Positions 6,005-11,684 of a stretch of 11,684 nucleotides of DNA are shown in pieces (the first letter of the stretch is position 1; each line of letters begins with the position of its first letter). The stretch covers positions 1-11,684 of the forward strand of contig JALUUW010000029.1 of assembly GCA_027021195.1 (NCBI GenBank), read 5' to 3'. The stretch comes from Candidatus Pacearchaeota archaeon. Lineage in GTDB: Archaea; Nanobdellota; Nanobdellia; Pacearchaeales; GW2011-AR1. The notes beneath the pieces were generated by a model that was given only the letters and a program-made list of their open reading frames with translations, was not told where the DNA came from and made no database searches. The position numbers were made by a program, and so were the translations under genes.

Positions 6005-6926
6005 ACATTTTTTTTTCAGCCTGGTTTTTTTTATTTTGATTATAAGCCTTGCCAGCAGCAAAAGCTCTCCTATTCAGCCTGTAAGTGCAGAAGAAGGATG
6101 TTTTCCCCAATACGAGTGCGGAAACTGGAGCGAGTGCAATAACGATAGCATTCAAACAAGGGTTTGCACAGATAAAAGATGCAATAAAAAAGACATAGTT
6201 GAGAGAAAATTCTGCAATATTCCTAACTGCAAGCCGGCAATTGCCTGCAGCAACTGGAGCAGCTGCAACTACCAGAGAAAGATGAGCGATGTCCTAAGAG
6301 AGAGGCTTGTTTTTGAGGGATATCAGGAAAGAGAGTGCGTTGATTTAGGAGGATGCGCTGAAGAATGGACTGAAACAAGAAGCTGCAGCCTTTCTTTTCC
6401 TGTTGAAATAAAGAAAACAAAGTGGTGTTTTCAGGATTATGTGGAGATATTTGATCTGAATTCAAAAAGGCTTGTCGGGAGAATAACTGAATCAGGAATT
6501 GACAAGGATTTAGGGGCAAAAAGAGTGGATATTCTTTTTTTGACCTCAGACGAGGATGCCTATTGCGATTATTGTTTTGACGGAGTTAGAAATTATGACG
6601 AAACAGGAATTGACTGCGGAGGCAACTGTCCCGAATGCATTGAAAAGGCATATTTTTCTGACTGGCTGTCTTTGGCAATTGCAACTTCATGGCTTTCCTT
6701 TGCAATACTGCTAATCATTTTAATATGGAGCAAATCAAAAAGATATGCATTTTTTAGAGATTCATCTAAAAAAGAAATAGCCAAGAGGAGCATCAGGGAG
6801 AGGATTGCGGGCTTCATCAGAATGGCGAAGATAGGTACAGAAGAAGAGAGGATGCTTGAAGAAAAGATTAAAAAGATTATTGTCGAGAGCCTTTTGTTTT
6901 CAAAAAAGACAAAGGAAAAGCCATAA
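5985..6926 (+). CDS. Cys-rich type-I membrane protein sharing CxNWSxC and DCGGxCxxC modules with the upstream surface protein
   Basis: 313 aa with a signal-like N-terminus (FFFSLVFFILIISLASS). Motifs are CGNWSEC (6117-6137), CSNWSSC (6246-6266) and CFDGVRNYDETGIDCGGNCPEC (6573-6638). The last lies 7 aa before the TM helix WLSLAIATSWLSFAILLIILIW, which is followed by a ~70-aa Lys/Glu-rich cytoplasmic tail. The start overlaps the upstream gene by 20 nt; an alternative ATG is at 5994. Confidence 0.8.
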   Translation: MKLMNYRHFFFSLVFFILIISLASSKSSPIQPVSAEEGCFPQYECGNWSECNNDSIQTRVCTDKRCNKKDIVERKFCNIPNCKPAIACSNWSSCNYQRKMSDVLRERLVFEGYQERECVDLGGCAEEWTETRSCSLSFPVEIKKTKWCFQDYVEIFDLNSKRLVGRITESGIDKDLGAKRVDILFLTSDEDAYCDYCFDGVRNYDETGIDCGGNCPECIEKAYFSDWLSLAIATSWLSFAILLIILIWSKSKRYAFFRDSSKKEIAKRSIRERIAGFIRMAKIGTEEERMLEEKIKKIIVESLLFSKKTKEKP

Positions 6927-6934
6927 TATTTAAT

Positions 6935-7681
6935 TTAAAATGGCTGTCTCGGCATTGGAACAGGATTTCTGAAAGAAGTCAATATCTTTCTTATGATGAA
7001 TCTCGTATTAACAACATCAGAGATTATTGCTGTTAGCACCAGCCTTCCAACAACAACCTTAAATATGCCTTCTTGATAAGGTATTCTTGCAGCAACTGAA
7101 AAATTCTCTATTATTTGGGATATTTCCTCTTTACTCAAAATTATTCCGGTTTTTTTCATTCCTTTAGGAGTTATCACCTTTATATTCTCTTCAGGGCCGT
7201 CGCATTCAATAGATTTTACAAAAGGATCTGCTATGAGGGGGTTTAGCTTTCCAAGATTTATTGGAGTATCGGTAGGAATTGGTTTTAGGTATTGAAATCT
7301 TTGAGGAAGCTTTATGTCAGGAATCGTAAGCACCCTTCTTTTTCCAACCGGTTTTGGCGGAGCTATTAAAGGGTATTTTTTTTCTGTGTTTTTTGGAGAG
7401 GTGTTTTTGGCATAATTGAGTGTTTCTTTTTTTGGAGAGATTTTCTGTCTTATTATTTCCTCAAGCTCCTTTTTTTCATCAGCTTTTTTTTTCTTTTCTT
7501 CTTTCTTTTTTTCCCTGAGGATTCTCTCAAGCTCAAAAACTTCTTTTGTTTTTGAGTTTTTTATCAGTTCTTCTGTAAATTTAAGCAGAAAAAGGGTTCT
7601 AAACTCATTTGATGTTTGTTTGAGCATTTTACAGAGGACTGGTTTTAGGAGAGGATATTGATTTTCTGTACTCTTCTGCAT
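6935..7681 (-). CDS. stand-alone homologue of the N-terminal domain of FlaI/PilB (GspE/VirB11-type) secretion ATPases; no ATPase domain
   Basis: Residues 143-232 (nt 7255..6986) read LGKLNPLIADPFVKSIECDGPEENIKVITPKGMKKTGIILSKEEISQIIENFSVAARIPYQEGIFKVVVGRLVLTAIISDVVNTRFIIRK. This follows the T2SSE N-domain pattern (L..DP.vedIscdG...v.V....g...Tni.fs.EEl...i..la...g..i....P.vd..L..G.R........g..FtIRK). The ORF stops 16 aa later, before any Walker A motif. The probable real start is ATG 7627, 1 nt after the upstream stop. The longest ORF starts at 7681. Confidence 0.7.
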   Translation of the reverse strand: MQKSTENQYPLLKPVLCKMLKQTSNEFRTLFLLKFTEELIKNSKTKEVFELERILREKKKEEKKKKADEKKELEEIIRQKISPKKETLNYAKNTSPKNTEKKYPLIAPPKPVGKRRVLTIPDIKLPQRFQYLKPIPTDTPINLGKLNPLIADPFVKSIECDGPEENIKVITPKGMKKTGIILSKEEISQIIENFSVAARIPYQEGIFKVVVGRLVLTAIISDVVNTRFIIRKILTSFRNPVPMPRQPF

Positions 7682-8126
7682 CTGTTCCCTGTTCTTTTAC
7701 CATCCCATGAGGCGGGAAATTTCCAAATGGATTTACCACTCTTTGGGTAGGAGCAGATGTTTCTTCTTCAGGAATTTTTTCATGCATCAGTGCAATTCCT
7801 TTGGCAATTGTTTTGTTCTGCTCAAGAAGGCTATCTACTTTTTCAAGTATTTTTTTGCTGTCTTTATTGCTTTTATCCATACTGAAATCCTTTTCAGCCA
7901 GCGCCTTTGCGGATATTTCAAAAAGCTCAAGCAATTTTGAGATTTGATTTGCGAGGTTGTCAAAACTAATTGACAAATTAGTCATAACTTTCTGCAATGA
8001 AACAAAATTCTCTATAAGTATATTTTCTATTTTTTTTTCATGAGTGGAATCTGAATGAGAAGTTGTCCTGTGCACTCGCTCTCTTTTAGAAGTTGTTTTT
8101 TTTGAAAGCGTCCTCTTTTTTTTCAT
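7629..8126 (-). CDS. hypothetical coiled-coil protein with basic N-terminus
   Basis: 165 aa. The basic N-terminus MKKKRTLSKKTTSKRERVHR is followed by heptad-like helical segments (IENILIENFVSLQKVMTNLSISFDNLANQISKLLELFEISAKALAEK; ILEKVDSLLEQNKTIAKGIALMHEK) and a Pro/Gly-containing tail. Its stop is tightly coupled to the downstream ATG at 7627. Confidence 0.7.
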   Translation of the reverse strand: MKKKRTLSKKTTSKRERVHRTTSHSDSTHEKKIENILIENFVSLQKVMTNLSISFDNLANQISKLLELFEISAKALAEKDFSMDKSNKDSKKILEKVDSLLEQNKTIAKGIALMHEKIPEEETSAPTQRVVNPFGNFPPHGMVKEQGTDAEEYRKSISSPKTSPL

Positions 8127-8146
8127 AACTCTTAAAGGGGTTTATG

Positions 8147-8154
8147 ATTTAAAA
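8147..8154 (-). promoter_or_regulatory. TATA-like box (TTTTAAAT on minus strand) for the 8126 gene
   Basis: Centre lies 24.5 nt upstream of ATG 8126, inside the 41-nt spacer after the ppsA stop. Confidence 0.4.
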
Positions 8155-8167
8155 ACTCTTCGGAAAA

Positions 8168-10645
8168 TTAAAAGATATCCACTTTTTCACTGTTTTTCTC
8201 AGCGGCATTTTTTACACTGTCTTGCTTTTCAACACTTTCATTGGGATTTTCTATCCCTTCTCCCACTTCTTTTTTTGAGTATTTCAGAAGATGCTTATTT
8301 TCTTTTTCATTTTTCCAAGTGATTTTTCCACTACTCTCAGCACTGCTCTCATTTTCCAATTCTGCTATATAATCAGCAATATCTGCAGCAACGTCTGCGT
8401 TTACGCTTATGCTGTCAATCCCTTTTTCAATGAGGAATTTTACCATTGGCTTTTTGCTGCCGGCCTGACCGCAGATGCTTGTTTCAACATTATTTCTCTT
8501 GCATACTCTTATCACAAATTCCATTTGATGCAGCACTGCAGGATGCATTTCATCATAAAGGTGCTGAACATCCTCGTTTCCCCTGTCAACAGCGAGGATA
8601 TACTGGGTAAGGTCATTTGTTCCAAACGATATGAAATCAATTCCTTCTTCACAAAGGCTTTTTATAATTTGAACTGCAGCAGGAGTTTCTATCATAACAC
8701 CTACTTTTGCTTCAGTAAAACCTATTTCTTTAAGAAATTCCTTGACTTTCTTCAACTCATCCACCATGATAATCTGAGGAAGAAGCAATCCCACCTTTTT
8801 TCCGCTTTCTGAAACTCTCTTTAATGCTTTAAGCTCTGCTTTGAGTATTTCTGGGTTTTTTAAGCCATATCTTATTCCGTGCATTCCAAGCATTGGATTT
8901 GCCTCAATGTCTTTTGGAGCACCTTCAAGGTTCTCGTATTCATCGCTTCTTATGTCAGAAGTCCTTACCCATATCTCCTCAAAATAATCCGCGATGCTTT
9001 TAATTCCCTTAAAAATCACTTCTTCATAGTCATCCATTCTATTTTGGCTTAAAAAATATTCAGGGTGTTTTCCAGACTCAGCTATTATTCCCTCCATTCT
9101 TGTCAGCCCTACAGCCTTTACCTGTGTTTTTGACGCACGCTCAGCAAAATTCGGAAGGTCAACAACGACTTTTATTTTTGTCTTTGTTTTTGCGGTTACT
9201 GCCCTTATTTCTTTTTTTACGCTTTCAGAAACTCTTCCTTTGTAAATTCTTCCTGTAAAACCATCAACAGTTATTATTTCTCCTTCTTTGAGTCTTTTTG
9301 TTGCTTCTCCAGTCCCTACTATGCATGGAATGCCCATTTCTCTTGATACAATTGCAGCGTGAGCTGTAAGGCCTCCCTCATCAGTGACTATTGCTGCTGA
9401 TTTCTGCATGCTCACAACCATGTCCGGATTTGTCATCTCTGTTACAAGAATATCTCCTTCCTTTATTTTCTGCAAGTCCTCTTGTGTTCTAATAATTCTT
9501 ATTTTTCCAGAGGCAATTCCCGGAGACGCAGCAAGCCCCTCCAGAATTGCTTCTCCAGATATTTCTTTGACAGAATCGCCGTCAGAGAGGTCTATTCTTT
9601 TTTCTATAGTTGTTATTGGTCTTGTCTGGACAATGTAAACATCTTCATTCTCAATTGCAAATTCTATATCTTGTGGTTTCTTATAGTGGTCCTCCAACTG
9701 CAAGGCAAGCTGTGCAAGCCTTTTTATTTCATAATCACTGAGAACAGGGGACTTTGCTTTTTCTTCACGTAGCTTTACGATTGCTTTGTTTCCTCCAGAG
9801 TCTCTTGTTATTGCAATTTTCTTGTTTGATATTTTTTTATCAAGTATTTTTAGCTCTCTTGAAACAACATATTTGTCAGGAGTGATTTTTCCAGAAACAA
9901 TCCCCTCTCCAAGACCAAACACTGCCTCGAGTATTATGTTGTCATTTTTGTATGAAGGATCTTTTGAGAATATAACTCCTGATTTGTCAGAGTCAATCAT
10001 TTTTTGAACTACGACTGCAAGACTCGCCTCTTCATGCAGAAATCCTTTTTTGTTTCTGTAGTAGATTGCTCTGGAAGTGAATAAAGATGCAAAGCATTTT
10101 TTTATCTTTTTTATTAAATCATATCTTCCTTTGACATTTAAAAAAGAGTCTTGCTGCCCTGCAAAACTCGCCTCTGCCAAATCCTCTGTTGTTGCAGAGC
10201 TTCTGACAGCAACAAATATAGGTTCAGGGGTTTTTTTAAGAAGGTCGTGCGCTGTCTTCCCCTCAAGAGACTCGTCAATGTCAAGGCTTTCATATGCTTC
10301 AATAATTTCCTCCTCCATCTCACTCGGAAAACCCGAGTTAATAATGAGGGCTCTTATTTGCTCTGCAATCTCGTCAAGCTGCTTTGTATTTTCATAATCA
10401 ATTTTCTCAAGCAATTCCTTTATTTTTTTATCAAGCCCTGCTTTTTTGATGAAATATCTGTAAGCATGCGCTGTGACAACAAATCCCGGCGGCACCGGCG
10501 CTCCTGCATTATAGATTTCTGAGAGGTTTGCACCCTTTCCTCCTGCAACACTTCCAGAATCTTTGCTTAGTTCAGAAAACCATTTAACAAATTCCACTCT
10601 CTCAATATCATCCTTTGTTTTAGCGACCTCTTTTTCATTAAGCAT
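8168..10645 (-). CDS. ppsA: phosphoenolpyruvate synthase (pyruvate, water dikinase)
   Basis: 825 aa. It shows the N-terminal ATP-grasp motif VAGGKGANLSEI, the phosphohistidine swivel motif GGLTAHAAIVSREMGIPCIVG, and the PEP-utilising TIM-barrel motifs GMHGIRY, FISFGTNDLTQY and ICGQAGS. A ~60-aa low-complexity acidic/Lys tail is appended. Confidence 0.95.
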   Translation of the reverse strand: MLNEKEVAKTKDDIERVEFVKWFSELSKDSGSVAGGKGANLSEIYNAGAPVPPGFVVTAHAYRYFIKKAGLDKKIKELLEKIDYENTKQLDEIAEQIRALIINSGFPSEMEEEIIEAYESLDIDESLEGKTAHDLLKKTPEPIFVAVRSSATTEDLAEASFAGQQDSFLNVKGRYDLIKKIKKCFASLFTSRAIYYRNKKGFLHEEASLAVVVQKMIDSDKSGVIFSKDPSYKNDNIILEAVFGLGEGIVSGKITPDKYVVSRELKILDKKISNKKIAITRDSGGNKAIVKLREEKAKSPVLSDYEIKRLAQLALQLEDHYKKPQDIEFAIENEDVYIVQTRPITTIEKRIDLSDGDSVKEISGEAILEGLAASPGIASGKIRIIRTQEDLQKIKEGDILVTEMTNPDMVVSMQKSAAIVTDEGGLTAHAAIVSREMGIPCIVGTGEATKRLKEGEIITVDGFTGRIYKGRVSESVKKEIRAVTAKTKTKIKVVVDLPNFAERASKTQVKAVGLTRMEGIIAESGKHPEYFLSQNRMDDYEEVIFKGIKSIADYFEEIWVRTSDIRSDEYENLEGAPKDIEANPMLGMHGIRYGLKNPEILKAELKALKRVSESGKKVGLLLPQIIMVDELKKVKEFLKEIGFTEAKVGVMIETPAAVQIIKSLCEEGIDFISFGTNDLTQYILAVDRGNEDVQHLYDEMHPAVLHQMEFVIRVCKRNNVETSICGQAGSKKPMVKFLIEKGIDSISVNADVAADIADYIAELENESSAESSGKITWKNEKENKHLLKYSKKEVGEGIENPNESVEKQDSVKNAAEKNSEKVDIF

Positions 10646-10666
10646 ATTTTTAGTAAATTCAGAAAC

Positions 10667-10674
10667 TTAATAAA
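10667..10674 (-). promoter_or_regulatory. TATA-like box (TTTATTAA on minus strand) for ppsA
   Basis: Centre lies 25.5 nt upstream of ATG 10645, and no SD is present. Confidence 0.4.
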
Positions 10675-10702
10675 GGTTTTTATTAATTTTCAAATGCATT
10701 TC

Positions 10703-10876
10703 TTATTTGCTTATGGCATCAACAGGACAAACTTCAATTGCTTCATCTACGCAGGGAATGTCTTTTTGCGATTTAACATGCGCTTTATTGTCATCTCCCA
10801 TCTCAAATACTTCTTCGCAGATTGAAGCGCAAGATCCGCATCCTATGCATTTTTCATGATCAATTTTTATTGCCAT
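10703..10876 (-). CDS. fdx: single-cluster [4Fe-4S] ferredoxin (Thermotoga/Pyrococcus type)
   Basis: Absent from the track because it is only 57 aa. My own minus-strand translation is MAIKIDHEKCIGCGSCASICEEVFEMGDDNKAHVKSQKDIPCVDEAIEVCPVDAISK. CxxCxxC plus the distal C-P provide four cluster ligands. The CxxxC/internal Cys pair and the VFEMGDDGKA-like segment match small monocluster ferredoxins. Confidence 0.85.
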   Translation of the reverse strand: MAIKIDHEKCIGCGSCASICEEVFEMGDDNKAHVKSQKDIPCVDEAIEVCPVDAISK

Positions 10877-10898
10877 GTAGATATAAATTGCAGATAGG

Positions 10899-10906
10899 TT
10901 TATAAA
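10899..10906. promoter_or_regulatory. perfectly palindromic TATA box TTTATAAA shared by divergent fdx and lemA
   Basis: The centre (10902.5) lies 26.5 nt from the fdx ATG (10876, minus) and 25.5 nt from the lemA ATG (10928, plus). The spacer is only 51 nt, and neither side has an SD. Confidence 0.45.
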
Positions 10907-10927
10907 GTTATTTTTTTTAATCTGGCT

Positions 10928-11479
10928 ATGGTGTTGGTCTGGTTGCTATTAGGCATTGTTGTTTTAGCGGCAATAGTCTTTACTTATTATTATAACCGGT
11001 TTGCTGTATTGGAAAACAGGATTGATAATTCCCTTTCGCAAATTGATGTTCAGCTAAAGAGGCGTGCGGACCTTATTCCAAACCTAATAGAGACAGTGAA
11101 AGGATTTGCAAGGCATGAAAAAGAAGCTATAAAGGCTGTTACAGCTGCACGTAAGGCGCTTGTTTCAGCTAAAGGAATTGAAAAAAAGGTTGAGGCAAAC
11201 AACCAGCTGGAGTCAGCATTAAAAACAATCTTTGCAATTGCAGAGGGCTATCCGGATTTAAAGGCAAATACAAATTTTCTTGAATTGCAGAGAGAGCTCT
11301 CTTCAACAGAAGACAGAGTCGCATATGCAAGGCAATACTATAATGACAGCATTCTTGCTTACAATAACTTATGCAGGACAATGCCAGGAGCTTTTTTTGC
11401 CAGGCTCTATGGAAGAAAGGAAAGAGAATATCTTAAAATTGCAGAGTCTGAGAGAAAGCCTGTTAAAGTAAAGTTTTAG
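10928..11479 (+). CDS. lemA: LemA family membrane protein
   Basis: An N-terminal TM helix (VLVWLLLGIVVLAAIVFTYYY) is followed by NRF..LENRIDNSLSQIDVQLKRRADLIPNLIETVKGFARHEKE...YPDLKANTNFLELQRELSSTEDRVAYARQYYNDSILAYNN, the characteristic LemA signature. Confidence 0.9.
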   Translation: MVLVWLLLGIVVLAAIVFTYYYNRFAVLENRIDNSLSQIDVQLKRRADLIPNLIETVKGFARHEKEAIKAVTAARKALVSAKGIEKKVEANNQLESALKTIFAIAEGYPDLKANTNFLELQRELSSTEDRVAYARQYYNDSILAYNNLCRTMPGAFFARLYGRKEREYLKIAESERKPVKVKF

Positions 11480-11609
11480 TAGATAAACCAAATATCCGGA
11501 TACTGTAAAGTAAACCTCTAAACTTAACATTTACAAAACCGAAAATTAATTCTACTGTGTTTTATTTAATTGTAAAAAGAGGTTGGGCAGTTTTACCTGC
11601 CCATAGCAC

Positions 11610-11684
11610 ATGAGATTAAGCCCGTTAGAACGTAAACTCATGACTAAAGCAGTAAAGAATGGCAACAATATAAACCTTGTGGCT
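11610..11684 (+). CDS. possible 5' end of a gene running off the right edge (very uncertain)
   Basis: ATG 11610 opens a frame that stays open for 25 codons to the window end (MRLSPLERKLMTKAVKNGNNINLVA). A TATA-like TTTATTTAA lies at 11561-11569. A competing minus-strand open frame also covers this region. Confidence 0.25.
   Translation, partial: MRLSPLERKLMTKAVKNGNNINLVA

Noticed and set aside
6223-6817. Minus-strand ORFs 6223..6519 and 6593..6817, opposite the Cys-rich membrane protein
   Set aside because: These are antisense shadows. The sense frame has a signal peptide, repeated Cys motifs and a TM helix.
6919-6945. AGCCAT/ATGGCT inverted repeat spanning the two convergent stop codons (possible bidirectional terminator hairpin)
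   Set aside because: It is only a 6-bp stem with a 15-nt AT-rich loop, so predicted stability is very low. Archaeal termination relies mainly on oligo-T tracts, so this is probably coincidental.
7416-7940. Plus-strand ORFs 7416..7661 and 7707..7940
   Set aside because: They are the reverse reading of Lys/Glu-rich coding sequence, which gives poly-Phe/Ser strings. They have no start context and lie antisense to the two minus-strand genes.
8291-10522. Plus-strand ORFs inside ppsA (8291..8812, 9384..9638, 9482..9772, 9786..10007, 10077..10397, 10151..10522), and the minus-strand out-of-frame ORF 10138..10323
   Set aside because: All lie within a gene with unmistakable PpsA motifs. The plus-strand ones are antisense, and 10138..10323 is on the ppsA strand but in a different frame. 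Their products are Phe/Ser/Cys/Ile-rich or otherwise low-complexity strings typical of shadow frames in AT-rich DNA.
11169-11471. ORFs 11169..11381 (minus) and 11280..11471 (plus, alternate frame) inside lemA
   Set aside because: The LemA frame carries the full family signature across this interval, so these are shadow frames.
11555-11683. Minus-strand open frame entering from the right edge (…ATRFILLPFFTALVMSLRSNGLNLMCYGQVKLPNLFLQLNKTQ*)
   Set aside because: It cannot be distinguished from the competing plus-strand ORF with only 43 codons. Its composition (Cys, Tyr, Met, few Lys/Glu) is less like the other proteins here. It is left unannotated pending more sequence.
1-11684. CRISPR arrays, tRNA or rRNA genes, transposases/IS elements, integrases, toxin-antitoxin or restriction-type defence genes
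   Set aside because: I scanned both strands by eye for repeat-spacer periodicity, GC-rich cloverleaf-sized islands in the few non-coding gaps, terminal inverted repeats, and DDE or tyrosine-recombinase-like motifs, and found none. Coding density leaves no gap longer than about 200 nt.

Overview
AT-rich (roughly one-third G+C by eye), densely coding archaeal window. The archaeal call rests on a kae1 gene, an rpl7ae-rps28e-rpl24e ribosomal-protein operon, and TATA-like octamers about 25 nt upstream of most first-in-unit start codons. The small-protein, low-GC style fits a reduced-genome (DPANN-like) archaeon, but that is inference only. Housekeeping genes are kae1, L7Ae, S28e, L24e, PEP synthase (ppsA), a 57-aa single-cluster ferredoxin missing from the ORF track, and lemA. 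I saw no tRNA, rRNA, CRISPR array or transposase. The main accessory content is a three-gene cell-surface cluster (3445-6926). It encodes a membrane-anchored beta-sandwich protein, a 667-aa heavily sequon-decorated modular protein (Ig/cadherin/PKD-like repeats, a Gly9 hinge, a Cys-rich stalk and a C-terminal TM helix), and a 313-aa Cys-rich type-I membrane protein. The last two share unusual modules: CxNWSxC (TSP1-like) and C-[FS]-D-G-x-x-N...DCGGxCxxC next to the membrane. Convergent to this cluster is a two-gene unit: a coiled-coil protein plus a protein that looks like the N-terminal domain of a FlaI/PilB-type secretion ATPase with no ATPase domain. Other oddities are an 83-aa acidic ORF tightly inserted between rps28e and rpl24e, a 61-aa protein with a poly-Lys/Ala tail behind the only strong Shine-Dalgarno in the window, and a perfectly palindromic TATA box midway between the divergent ferredoxin and lemA starts. 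All functional calls come from motif recognition by eye; no database search was run.
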